Positions 47,705 through 56,838 of a stretch of 64,000 nucleotides of DNA are shown piece by piece. The stretch is from a virus, in the IMG/VR virus record IMGVR_UViG_3300025870_000010, positions 9,561-73,560 of that record. The stretch is one strand, 5' to 3'. The position numbers and the translations under genes were made by a program. Numbering within the stretch: position 1 is the first letter of the stretch; the number at the start of each line of letters is the position of its first letter. The notes beneath the pieces are model-generated. The model was not told the DNA's origin and did no database searches. It saw nothing but the letters and a program-made list of their open reading frames with translations.

Positions 47705-48643
47705 TTACGAATTTTTTCGGTAGTATGCAAATTTTTTCATCTTAAAATCAAAATTTTCTTTTACACCTAATTCTTTAGGTAATGGTAAACCTTTTCTTTT
47801 AAGAACATCTACAAAATATTCAACAATTGCCGAAAGGTCTTTCTTCCAGGGAAAATCTTTCTTTTGCATTGCTTTCCAAACAGATTCAAATGAATTCGTA
47901 TCTTTAATTGTTGCATCAATACCTAATAGTGATTTTGTAATTAGTTCGGGGTCTTTACTTACGAATTCTTCCCATTCACTCTTACCAGTTTTTACAAGTT
48001 TACCCGTTTTTCCTACGTAAGATTTTATTTGTTTTTTATATCCTTTATTTGGGTCCAACATAATTCTACCCAATTTCTTAATTTGTCCTTTATATTTTCC
48101 TTCGAATTCATCTTCCCAATATGTTGTAAGGTCAGGAACACTAACAGCATATCCAATAGCTTTTAGTAATTCTGTTCTATATAAACCTTTCCAAGCCGAT
48201 TCTTGTTTTGTAAAATCTGGAGAATGAAACATCCATCTAGCAAAATCAATATCATCTTGTAACATTAAATCAACTTGAACATTTCCACCGCTACCTTTGA
48301 TTGGATATGCTAATGAAATTATTCCTAATCCATGCATATAGTTTTTATCCATCTTAGGATAGGCAGTATCTAACAAATCTAAAATCTTTTTACCAACATC
48401 GTCTTTAGAAATATTTAGATTCTTTGCGATTGCACCAGTATCAATTGCGATATCAATATCACCACTTGTTTGTCCAGGTAGTTTTTTCCCTGTTGAACCT
48501 AATGCGGCCCAATCTTTACCTTTAAGTTTTAAAAACCTATTTAAAATTTTATTTTCTATATCTTTTAAGGTTGGCATCGTTTCCTCTGCTTTAATTGGCA
48601 TTACGTTGGGAACTGCTTTTCCACCTTCGAATAATTTATTCAT
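47705..48643 (-). CDS. Pol-beta-superfamily nucleotidyltransferase
   Basis: LGSTGKK...SGDIDIAID...VQVDLM (GS, DxD, D triad). Late motif at 48663-48671. Confidence 0.78.
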   Translation of the reverse strand: MNKLFEGGKAVPNVMPIKAEETMPTLKDIENKILNRFLKLKGKDWAALGSTGKKLPGQTSGDIDIAIDTGAIAKNLNISKDDVGKKILDLLDTAYPKMDKNYMHGLGIISLAYPIKGSGGNVQVDLMLQDDIDFARWMFHSPDFTKQESAWKGLYRTELLKAIGYAVSVPDLTTYWEDEFEGKYKGQIKKLGRIMLDPNKGYKKQIKSYVGKTGKLVKTGKSEWEEFVSKDPELITKSLLGIDATIKDTNSFESVWKAMQKKDFPWKKDLSAIVEYFVDVLKRKGLPLPKELGVKENFDFKMKKFAYYRKNS

Positions 48644-48675
48644 ATTGTAATTGTGTTTTTATTATTTAATCAAAC

Positions 48676-48703
48676 AAAAAAAGGAACTTAAAAAGTTCCT
48701 TTT
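48676..48703 (-). terminator. Intrinsic terminator
   Basis: AAAAAGGAACT/AGTTCCTTTTT stem. Confidence 0.8.
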
Positions 48704-48727
48704 TGTTAATATTTATATTTATATTTT

Positions 48728-49240
48728 TTAAGCTTTAAAAACAAGACTGTATGTTGCACCACCTTTGTTTATATCAACTTTACCACCTTTGTGTAACTTT
48801 TCCATTTCATCTTTAGAAATAGATATTTCTGCAGTTTCACCTTTTTCGTGTTCATTTACTTTTTTTTTACTAGATTCGTTATAACTATCTTCTTCCATTT
48901 CTTCGTCTTCAGATTCTTCCATTTCTTCGTCTTCAGATGAATATAATTCTTCTTTGTCTTTTCCTTTGTCTTTAGATTCGTAAGATTCTTTCTTAGCTTT
49001 CATTTCTTTAGAATCTTCATCTTCTTCAGAATCGTAATCTTCTTCAACTTGCTTTTCGTTTGTTGGTTCTTGGTCCCATTCTTTCTCTATTTCATTAAAG
49101 AATTTCTTTTTATCAGCATCAGATAACTTTGCTGGAGAATCAACATCAAATTTCTTTAATTTTTTATCAAAAAATTCTTGATATTCTTTTTGTTTTTTAG
49201 ACTTTTCAGCTTCGTTTATAAAATTAGTTAACTTTTTCAT
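48728..49240 (-). CDS. Acidic putative prohead core/internal protein with capsid-targeting-like tag
   Basis: MKKLTNFINE, an E/D/S-rich middle and internal YNES and VNEH sites. Confidence 0.65.
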   Translation of the reverse strand: MKKLTNFINEAEKSKKQKEYQEFFDKKLKKFDVDSPAKLSDADKKKFFNEIEKEWDQEPTNEKQVEEDYDSEEDEDSKEMKAKKESYESKDKGKDKEELYSSEDEEMEESEDEEMEEDSYNESSKKKVNEHEKGETAEISISKDEMEKLHKGGKVDINKGGATYSLVFKA

Positions 49241-49273
49241 GTAAAATGTTTTATTTTTCTTTGTTTATTTAAT

Positions 49274-49777
49274 CTATTCGTTTATTGTAGTTTTGTTTAT
49301 AACTCTTTGACCTAATTTTGATAGTTTACAACAAACAATGCCGTCTTTTGTAAATTCTTTAATATAAGATGAATTTTTATTAAACCAACTCATACTAGTT
49401 CTAGAACCAGAATCTTCATTTTTTGATTGTACAAAATCTTTTAATTCTTGTTTAGTACAATGTCCTTTTTCTGCAATGAAACCTAATATGTTATTTCTAA
49501 CAGGGGCATTTGCACCAACTTTTATAGAATCATATTGGCCGTATTTTCTTTTTACTTGTAAAGTTTTTCTTTCGTCAATTTTTTCTGGTAAATTAGTTTC
49601 TTTAGTTTCAGCGTAATCTTTTAGTTTATCTTCTGGTAACTTTGAAAGTTCTTTTATTTCATCAGATACTTCATCTCCTTCTAATTCACCTCTTTTATAT
49701 GCTAATGCCATACCGAATAATCTTCTTTGAGATTTTGACTTAGATGCTTCATTTAAAAATTCATTAAGTGATTTCAT
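49274..49777 (-). CDS. Putative internal head protein with capsid-targeting-like tag
   Basis: MKSLNEFLNE, then SKSQRRLFGMALAYKRGE, an IDE site and a winged-helix-like C-terminal domain. Confidence 0.68.
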   Translation of the reverse strand: MKSLNEFLNEASKSKSQRRLFGMALAYKRGELEGDEVSDEIKELSKLPEDKLKDYAETKETNLPEKIDERKTLQVKRKYGQYDSIKVGANAPVRNNILGFIAEKGHCTKQELKDFVQSKNEDSGSRTSMSWFNKNSSYIKEFTKDGIVCCKLSKLGQRVINKTTINE

Positions 49778-49779
49778 AA

Positions 49780-50016
49780 CTATTTTATTTTTTTATAAAT
49801 AGAAACCCAACTCGAACCTATTTCTTGTAAGGAATCTGGATTTGTATTTTTAGGTTTATTTCTAGTAGTTACACTTAATTGTATCATACCATCTAATAAC
49901 GCAATAACATTTGCTTTTTCTAAAGATTCGTATTCTGAATCCCCATATTTAGAATCTAAATATTCTTTTATTTGCAATGAAAAATTTTCATTCAGAAAAT
50001 AACAAAGGTGCTTCAT
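49780..50016 (-). CDS. Small putative internal head protein
   Basis: MKHLCYFLNE; late motif at 50021-50029. Confidence 0.6.
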   Translation of the reverse strand: MKHLCYFLNENFSLQIKEYLDSKYGDSEYESLEKANVIALLDGMIQLSVTTRNKPKNTNPDSLQEIGSSWVSIYKKIK

Positions 50017-50023
50017 TATATAT

Positions 50024-51562
50024 TTAACCCAAAGAAACTTTCTTAATTACATAATTGAAACCTTGCTCTTTATAAATAGTCTTTCTAACTCTAGAATGAT
50101 TTACTAGCATTGACTTTTTATTAGAATCTAAACAATCAACATAATCATAAAGTCTTAACTTATCTTTATCTTTATGCGTTCTCAATCCTCTACCTATTGA
50201 TTGTCTAACTATTACATCAGATTTGAAAGATTCAGTAAAGTGAATATTGTGTATATTTTTAATGTTAACTCCTGTACTAAGAGTTCCATAACTTGCTACT
50301 AGAACTTTATTAGTACCAGATTCCATCAATTTTTTTATTTCTACCCTATCATCTTTTTTGATTTCACCATATATAAAGTAAACTTCTTTATCAGTATTAT
50401 CTTCTAAGTATTTTTTTAATTCCTTACCATATACTTGTCTATGAAATAAAACTAATTGATTCTTTTGTACCTTAGAAATAATTTTAGATATAGTTTCAAT
50501 TCTTGGTTTGTATTGAATAACAAAATCTTGTTCTATTTTTAGTAGTTTACCTTTGTCTTCACCAGTCAATTCTTTTCTAATTAAATCAAATCTTTTTTGT
50601 ACCTCTTCTGGATAATTGAATTCTACAATTGCAATTTCTACCTCAGCAATGGTTCCCATTTCTTGCAATTCTTCTGCACGAATTTCAATAACAGTCGGTC
50701 CTAAATAAGCTTGAAGTGTTAAACTATCAAGTGTGCCTTGTTTAGGTGTTGTTCCTGTTAATCCAAATCTTCTTTCAACATTAACACATTTACTTATACA
50801 TTCTCTAATAGTATTAGATTTTGTTCTATGACACTCATCAACAATAACCGTATCAAATGCTTTAAAATAAGAATTTTGAAATTTACCTAGTGATTGAAAT
50901 GTACTAACATGTATATTTTGTGATGCCGTAAAATCTTTCTTTTCCCCTCCGTGAATCTGTTTGATGTTCAAAGGAATTTTATTTTCTTCCGTTAGAAAAG
51001 AATTGTATTCGTGAAAATTTTCATATGCTTGAATTACAAGGTCAATTGATGGAACAATCATTAAGAATTTTTTACTTAATTCCTTTTCTTGAAAATAAGC
51101 AATACAAATAAATATAATCAAAGATTTACCTGCAGCTGTTGTAAGTTCACTTATACATATTTTATTAGTTAAAATTTTATATGCTGTATTTATTTGATAG
51201 TCATAAGGAAAAAAAGGTTTACCTTTTGTATCAATTGAACCTTCGAATTTATTTTCAACCCATTCTTGAAACCCTTCTCTGGAAACATCTTTGTAGAAAA
51301 GCGCATCACCTAATCCTGTTATTTCTAAAGGAAATTTATAAGTTTCAGCTACGTACTTAATTTCTTTCCATAATCCAATAGGAACGAATTTATCTTTGTG
51401 AAAATAAGATATAATCCCATTCCATTTTCTCTTTACCGCTGGAGGTAAAAAATTATAAGTTTCAAGTTTTTTTGTTAAGGATAAACTTAGTTGTTTTCTT
51501 TCTAATTCTGTTGCATCTACTAGCGTTAAAATCTTCCCTTCGTGTGTCGTTTCGAATACCAT
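50024..51562 (-). CDS. uvsW: SF2 DNA helicase
   Basis: YDYQ, TAAGKS, IVDECH, GLTGT, STGVNI and QSIGRGLR. A late motif lies at 51585, and T4 uvsW is also a late gene. Confidence 0.9.
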   Translation of the reverse strand: MVFETTHEGKILTLVDATELERKQLSLSLTKKLETYNFLPPAVKRKWNGIISYFHKDKFVPIGLWKEIKYVAETYKFPLEITGLGDALFYKDVSREGFQEWVENKFEGSIDTKGKPFFPYDYQINTAYKILTNKICISELTTAAGKSLIIFICIAYFQEKELSKKFLMIVPSIDLVIQAYENFHEYNSFLTEENKIPLNIKQIHGGEKKDFTASQNIHVSTFQSLGKFQNSYFKAFDTVIVDECHRTKSNTIRECISKCVNVERRFGLTGTTPKQGTLDSLTLQAYLGPTVIEIRAEELQEMGTIAEVEIAIVEFNYPEEVQKRFDLIRKELTGEDKGKLLKIEQDFVIQYKPRIETISKIISKVQKNQLVLFHRQVYGKELKKYLEDNTDKEVYFIYGEIKKDDRVEIKKLMESGTNKVLVASYGTLSTGVNIKNIHNIHFTESFKSDVIVRQSIGRGLRTHKDKDKLRLYDYVDCLDSNKKSMLVNHSRVRKTIYKEQGFNYVIKKVSLG

Positions 51563-51596
51563 TATTACTTTCTTTAGTACATATTATTTAACTATG

Positions 51597-52052
51597 CTAA
51601 AAACTACCCGATTTGAATTTTTCAGTATCTATTAGATATTTTATCATCCAAATACTCTTATCTAAAGTTTCTATTGTTTCTTTATAAAAGGTTATTTGAT
51701 TTTCAATCATTTTAATTACATTGTAAGTATCTTCTAAGTCAGCTTCGATATGATTTTTTATTTCGTAATCATTTAATTTAATATCGTATTCTAATTTATA
51801 GAACCTGTACTTTTGTTTTCTTGCACTACCTAACGATTTGTTTTTTTTTGCAATCGAGGCTCGCATTTCATTTGATTTATCTACTAAAAGTTGTCTTTGT
51901 GATAATATATGAACTTGTATGGCAGCAACATTATTAATACTACCCATAGGAATAGTAATGTTGTCTTTTATATATGCAGACATTTCTTTGCGTTGTGTTG
52001 TAAATGCAATATCTAATTTTTCAGACTTGGATATTTCTTTTTCTTCAGACAT
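51597..52052 (-). CDS. uvsY: Recombination mediator (UvsY-like)
   Basis: Helical protein with YRFYK, IEAD and terminal IKYLIDTEKFKSG, next to uvsW. Confidence 0.7.
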   Translation of the reverse strand: MSEEKEISKSEKLDIAFTTQRKEMSAYIKDNITIPMGSINNVAAIQVHILSQRQLLVDKSNEMRASIAKKNKSLGSARKQKYRFYKLEYDIKLNDYEIKNHIEADLEDTYNVIKMIENQITFYKETIETLDKSIWMIKYLIDTEKFKSGSF

Positions 52053-52246
52053 TAAAATAGTTTTTTTCCTTTTTTGGGTTCTTTAATTTTTATAGTAGGT
52101 TTTTTAATTGTTGGTTTTAGTTTTTCTTGTTCAATAATTATATCATTACCTTTCGGTTCTGGAATAATTTCTTTATCGAAATCTACAATAAATAACTTGC
52201 CGTTTTTCTTTACAATTTTCTTTGTATTTTTGTATAAATTAAACAT
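52052..52246 (-). CDS. Small basic hypothetical protein
   Basis: Overlaps both neighbours and ends in KKLF. Confidence 0.5.
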   Translation of the reverse strand: MFNLYKNTKKIVKKNGKLFIVDFDKEIIPEPKGNDIIIEQEKLKPTIKKPTIKIKEPKKGKKLF

Positions 52247-53324
52247 GGTATATATCGTATTTGTTTTTACTAAAGCAATCTTTAATATAACTTAATGAGT
52301 TTTTATATTCTCTATTTTCGTATATGTAAACTACAAGTTCGTTTAAATCTTTAACCTTCTTATTATTAAATGAAGTATTTTTGAAAAACCTTTTCCATAA
52401 AAAACAATTATTTTTACCTTTTATTTTATCTATTGCACTGTTCTTTCCGGTAGTGTCGTTATCGAACCAATACCTTATATTATCTAATCCATCAAAAAAG
52501 TTCTTTAATTTACTTGCACCGGCAGTAGCAACTGAATTAGGAACAAAAAAAGAATCAAAGGGTCCTTCGAAAACTGTTACCTTATCTTCAATATCGACAT
52601 TGAATAGATTGAAAATTATTGATAAGGTTGAAAGTTTTTCTACAAAAGGTGCATCATCCGGATATTGTACATTTCTACTCATTTCTTCTACTAGAACAGG
52701 AAAAGTTTTAGTACTATATTTCATACCAAAATCTAAATTCTTTATTTGCAATCCTACTACCTTTTCATTTTCATCTATTTTGTTCAGGACCCAAACTTCT
52801 CTATTGCCGAATTTATTTTTTCTAAATCTAATTCTATCTTGAAATCTATGTAACAATCTACCTTTCAAAAATTGAGCTCCCCATTTACAACGATCTGCAG
52901 TAAACAAACCATAGTGTTTTTCTAAATCTAAAATTGAAATAGAATTGTTATACAAGAATTCGAAATATTCACTTGAATCAATTAATTTTGTAGGTTTTCT
53001 TAATCTTTTTGATTTTTCAATTACTTTTGTAATTTCAACAATTTGGTCTAAATTTTTTATCTTTTTACCAAATTGTTCAAAGAACTTAAATATAGACCAA
53101 TATTTTGCATTACAATCACCATTCCAACAATAGTACTTAAAAGAATCTAAATATAATATACCTCTTTTCTTAGATGGATTGGTTTTAGAATCTCCACAGC
53201 AAGGACAAGACATTTCTAATTGATTTTCTTTATTGTCTATCAATCTTCTTTTTTCAGAATCAGTATGTGCGTTGTATAATATATCTTTGCAAATTTCTTC
53301 AATATCTTTTCTTATATCACCCAT
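52239..53324 (-). CDS. DNA primase (gp61-like)
   Basis: CPCCGDS...CWNGDC zinc finger, VFEGPFDSFF and FDND Toprim motifs, KDLNE. Confidence 0.9.
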   Translation of the reverse strand: MGDIRKDIEEICKDILYNAHTDSEKRRLIDNKENQLEMSCPCCGDSKTNPSKKRGILYLDSFKYYCWNGDCNAKYWSIFKFFEQFGKKIKNLDQIVEITKVIEKSKRLRKPTKLIDSSEYFEFLYNNSISILDLEKHYGLFTADRCKWGAQFLKGRLLHRFQDRIRFRKNKFGNREVWVLNKIDENEKVVGLQIKNLDFGMKYSTKTFPVLVEEMSRNVQYPDDAPFVEKLSTLSIIFNLFNVDIEDKVTVFEGPFDSFFVPNSVATAGASKLKNFFDGLDNIRYWFDNDTTGKNSAIDKIKGKNNCFLWKRFFKNTSFNNKKVKDLNELVVYIYENREYKNSLSYIKDCFSKNKYDIYHV

Positions 53325-53341
53325 TACAACTTTTTAAAAAT

Positions 53342-53372
53342 AAAAAAGGGGAATAAAAACTTATTCCCCTTT
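53342..53372 (-). terminator. Intrinsic terminator after ssb
   Basis: AAGGGGAATAA/TTATTCCCCTT stem. Confidence 0.8.
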
Positions 53373-53385
53373 GAACTAATATTAA

Positions 53386-54378
53386 TTACACATCTAAACC
53401 TTCTAAGATGTCATCGAAAACATCATCATCCGTGGGGGCATTGTCAGGTCTTGCATTTTTTAAAGTGTCGGTTTGTACTTCTTCTACAACACTTTCTTCA
53501 GCAACTTCAGTTTTTGTTTCAACCTTTACTTTCTTTTTTGGAGCTGGGGTATCTTCTAAACCTTCTATGTTAATATTAGCACTAATTTGTGCTGGTTTGA
53601 TATTACCGAATTGTTTTCCGGTCTTTTCTGAAATGATAGATAATAACAATTTCAATCTATCATCAGCACTTTTCTTATACTTATACGGTGCCATTAAGGT
53701 GTTTCCTTCTTGTAAGAATTCTACAAATTCTGCTTTCTTATCTGTCGTTAATTCAGAACCGTTGAACATTAGAGGACCTGCTTCTGATAATGTAACAGTT
53801 CCATTGTAGTTCCAATTATTACCAACAGTATTTATTTGTAATCTTATGGATTTACCTTTAAACGGATCAAAGATATTACAAGGTTTGATCCCTATTGATT
53901 TATCTTCGTCAGATACATTGATTGCACCTTGTAAGATTTTATGCACTTGAATAGGTGCTTTATAAACCATTAGTTTTCCTTCGTTATCCGGATTAACAGC
54001 ATCTGATTCTACTAATACTAAGTAGAAGAATGAACTTTTAGGTCTAATATCCTTTGCTAATTGCTCAGCTCTTGCATCTGTTTTTCCTTCTCTTTTTAAA
54101 TCAAAGAAAGTGTTCATTGCTAAGCATTCATCACCTATTGAAAAGGCTGAATCAAAGAAATTATTTCCTGTGTCGTTACCATCATTCTTATCGAAATAAA
54201 ATGTTGTTTTTGGAATAAAGGATTTTTTGTGATTTTCTAACCAATAAACTGGTCTTACTAGTGCTCTATAAACACCATCTTTTGCTTCTTTAGGGTTCGG
54301 TTTGAACTCGTTGTTTACGTATGATTTCTTTACGTCTTTGTCTAAATCATCTACGGATAAATCAAATATGTCTACCAT
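53386..54378 (-). CDS. Single-stranded DNA-binding protein (gp32-like)
   Basis: NPDNEGKLMVYK, IFDPFKG, WNY and an acidic tail DDDVFDDILEGLDV. Confidence 0.85.
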   Translation of the reverse strand: MVDIFDLSVDDLDKDVKKSYVNNEFKPNPKEAKDGVYRALVRPVYWLENHKKSFIPKTTFYFDKNDGNDTGNNFFDSAFSIGDECLAMNTFFDLKREGKTDARAEQLAKDIRPKSSFFYLVLVESDAVNPDNEGKLMVYKAPIQVHKILQGAINVSDEDKSIGIKPCNIFDPFKGKSIRLQINTVGNNWNYNGTVTLSEAGPLMFNGSELTTDKKAEFVEFLQEGNTLMAPYKYKKSADDRLKLLLSIISEKTGKQFGNIKPAQISANINIEGLEDTPAPKKKVKVETKTEVAEESVVEEVQTDTLKNARPDNAPTDDDVFDDILEGLDV

Positions 54379-54512
54379 AATTTTACTTTTTTTTACTTTG
54401 TTTTTATTAATTTACTTTCATACTCAGTAGCTACCTTTTGTATTACTTATATAGTTAAGCGAATTAATAATGAAAATATTTTATCAATATCAATTTATTT
54501 TTAATATTTTGT

Positions 54513-54533
54513 TATTTAGAATCATTCTAAATA
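54513..54533. promoter_or_regulatory. Perfect palindrome resembling a Flavobacteriales Fur box
   Basis: TATTTAGAAT-C-ATTCTAAATA. Confidence 0.6.
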
Positions 54534-54668
54534 GAGGGGTAAATCAAAAATAGTTAGGGTAAAATAAAATAAAACCTGATGGCTACGCATTTAATAATTG
54601 TATAATTCTCCAGGGGAAAATATATAGATGCTAAAATATCTATTAATATTAGTTTAATTAAAGATATC

Positions 54669-54738
54669 ATTAATTATAATATACATATAAGTATTATTAA
54701 ATTAATTATAATATACATATAAGTATTATTAAATTAAT
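54669..54738. repeat. 32-bp AT-rich tandem repeat (2.2 copies) in the largest intergenic region
   Basis: attaattataatatacatataagtattattaa at 54669 and 54701. Confidence 0.9.
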
Positions 54739-54826
54739 GATAATATATTAATAATAATAGATATGTAAAGAAAGATTTATATAGATAATTGTCTTTAATA
54801 TACATAAGAACTTAAAGTAAAAACAA

Positions 54827-55096
54827 ATGCAATTTAATAATTTTCAATATTCAAAAAAACATGATACATATCGTTGTTTAGTCAATACCTATAATTTTAA
54901 AAGAGAAGATTTAGATGTATATGTTCGTAGTGATTACAAAATAGTAGTTACTGATTATCTATTAGAAGAAATCATAGTTGTTCCTGAAAGAGTAAAGATA
55001 GACAAAGTTATTTGTCATTTCGTAAATAAAGAAGAAACAATTTTAATGATTGAATTAAAGTTAAAAGATTTAGAAATAGAAGTAGTTTTTCAATAA
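54827..55096 (+). CDS. Small Hsp20/alpha-crystallin-like protein
   Basis: FKREDLDVYV...IVVPERVKIDKV..F...ILMIEL pattern. Confidence 0.5.
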   Translation: MQFNNFQYSKKHDTYRCLVNTYNFKREDLDVYVRSDYKIVVTDYLLEEIIVVPERVKIDKVICHFVNKEETILMIELKLKDLEIEVVFQ

Positions 55097-55097
55097 T

Positions 55098-55577
55098 ATG
55101 CAAAATAAAAGAATTATCATTGTCGGAAAAGGTGGGTCTGGTAAAGATTACTTAAAAGAAAAATTCGTAGAGAAAGGATTTAATCCAAGTGTTTCTTTTA
55201 CAACAAGAAAACCAAGAGTTGGTGAAATTGAAGGAATAGATTATTACTATTGTAGTTCTGAAAAATTTAGTTCAATGATTAAAAATCAAGAACTATACGA
55301 ATATAAAGAATTCAGAGGATGGTTTTATGGAACATCTTTAAAGGAATTCAATAGTGCTGAAATATTCATAATGACACCACCGGCAATATTAGAATTAGCA
55401 AAAAAAGATAGAAAGAATTCGTTTATTATTTATTTAGATATTGATGAAAGAATTCGAGAAATAAGATTATCAAATAGAAACGATGCTGATTCAGTTGATA
55501 GAAGATTAAAAGCCGATAAAGAAATGTTTGAAAATTTTAACGATTACGATTTGCGAATATCAAAACCGGATTTTTAG
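55098..55577 (+). CDS. gmk: Guanylate kinase-like nucleotide kinase
   Basis: GKGGSGKD, SFTTRKPRVGEIEGIDYYY and WFYGTS. Confidence 0.88.
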   Translation: MQNKRIIIVGKGGSGKDYLKEKFVEKGFNPSVSFTTRKPRVGEIEGIDYYYCSSEKFSSMIKNQELYEYKEFRGWFYGTSLKEFNSAEIFIMTPPAILELAKKDRKNSFIIYLDIDERIREIRLSNRNDADSVDRRLKADKEMFENFNDYDLRISKPDF

Positions 55578-55809
55578 TTTTTTTCTTTTTTCTTTTGAGA
55601 ACTTTCAATCTTAATCTTTGAAATCTTGTCATTTCTTTAGAAAAGATATACTCATCTACTTTAAAAAATATTAAAGAACCTATTGCATTAGCAATAAAAG
55701 CTGTTATCCAGAAATTTGAAATGTTATACTTAGACAGTATAAAAGGAATAATTGCTAATATTGGTGTGCTTAATTGCCACCTAAACATATATCTAAATAG
55801 TTTTTTCAT
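55537..55809 (-). CDS. Small membrane protein
   Basis: Two hydrophobic helices and a basic tail. Confidence 0.55.
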   Translation of the reverse strand: MKKLFRYMFRWQLSTPILAIIPFILSKYNISNFWITAFIANAIGSLIFFKVDEYIFSKEMTRFQRLRLKVLKRKKKKTKNPVLIFANRNR

Positions 55810-56315
55810 GACTTTTTAAATTGAGGTTCTATGTTATATTTTTCGAATAATTTTTTTAATGGTGCTGTTAAGTTACCTTTCTTTTGTTTAAACTCAGGAA
55901 CTTTTTGTTTACCATCAATTTCTTTTACTAACTTATTGTAACTTGATTTCATTAAAATAGGTTTTCTTGGTGCTTCATTTGGGTGTATCAATTTTTCATC
56001 TGTATGAATCTTATTACTTTCTAAATAGTCAGCAAGGTTTCTAAGGAATGTTATGATATCGGTATGTTTACTTAAACCTAATCTATTGAATGAATTTGTA
56101 ATTTTTCCTTCTAATGCATTTGCTTGAAATTGAATTGCACCTCTGCATAATCCTTTCCCTGTTTCATCAGCAACTTCTTTTACAAGTTTATGTTGATGGT
56201 CTATACAAAATTCTGAAATATCATAATAGTTTCCAAGTATAGGACAAATACCATTTTGTTCCTTGTACCATTTTTCTCTTATAATTTTTAAGTCTGTTTG
56301 TTTTAGTTGTTTCAT
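55806..56315 (-). CDS. Recombination endonuclease VII (gp49-like)
   Basis: QNGICPIL, IDHQH, GLCRGAI..ANALEGK and LRNLADYL. Confidence 0.85.
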   Translation of the reverse strand: MKQLKQTDLKIIREKWYKEQNGICPILGNYYDISEFCIDHQHKLVKEVADETGKGLCRGAIQFQANALEGKITNSFNRLGLSKHTDIITFLRNLADYLESNKIHTDEKLIHPNEAPRKPILMKSSYNKLVKEIDGKQKVPEFKQKKGNLTAPLKKLFEKYNIEPQFKKS

Positions 56316-56833
56316 ATATTATCAATTATGAAATCTAAAGTATCGTCTTGTCCTTTAAGATTTTTAAAATACTTAGAAGAAATATATTCGTTTTTTAGAT
56401 TGTTTTGATTATCGTATGCTTCCTTTTCCCAAGCAAGGTTTTTATAGTTATCGTAGTTTTTTTGTGCTTTTTTATAATCTTTAACTGAAAGTTCTGTATC
56501 ATCTTTCCATAAGACAGATTTCCAATCTTCGGATGGTCTAAGTTCACCATTTGATATTTGTTTAACATGTGTTAATTCGTGTATCAATGCACCTATTATC
56601 ATTCTATAACCTTGATTTGGATTAAAATGTAATGTAAATTTACCTTTATTTATAGATGCATCACTAAGTACAACATCACCGATATGTGTATCAGAAAACT
56701 TTTTCTTTACGGTTATTTTATTAGGTTTGAATTTTAATTTATCTTGCATAAATTCAATAACAGAATCAATTAAAAGTTTTTCGTATTTTTTAATCTTTTT
56801 ATCTTCTTTAAAAAATTCAAATAAGTATTGCAA
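56312..56833 (-). CDS. HExxH zinc metallopeptidase-like protein with a tag-like N-terminus
   Basis: LIHELTHVKQ...WEKEAY; N-terminus MQYLFEFFKE. Confidence 0.7.
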   Translation of the reverse strand: MQYLFEFFKEDKKIKKYEKLLIDSVIEFMQDKLKFKPNKITVKKKFSDTHIGDVVLSDASINKGKFTLHFNPNQGYRMIIGALIHELTHVKQISNGELRPSEDWKSVLWKDDTELSVKDYKKAQKNYDNYKNLAWEKEAYDNQNNLKNEYISSKYFKNLKGQDDTLDFIIDNI

Positions 56834-56838
56834 TATAA

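Noticed and set aside
47705-48643. Calling the Pol-beta NTase a CBASS cyclase or CCA-adding enzyme
   Set aside because: Only the superfamily catalytic motif is recognisable. Family-specific features and effector genes cannot be confirmed by eye.
48891-48938. 24-bp direct repeat
   Set aside because: It is an in-frame duplication (SEDEEMEE) in a low-complexity acidic linker with no sign of a separate function.
54379-54826. tRNA or structured ncRNA in the large intergenic region
   Set aside because: No cloverleaf or T-loop motif or GC-rich stems are visible, and no tRNA genes were recognised anywhere in the window.
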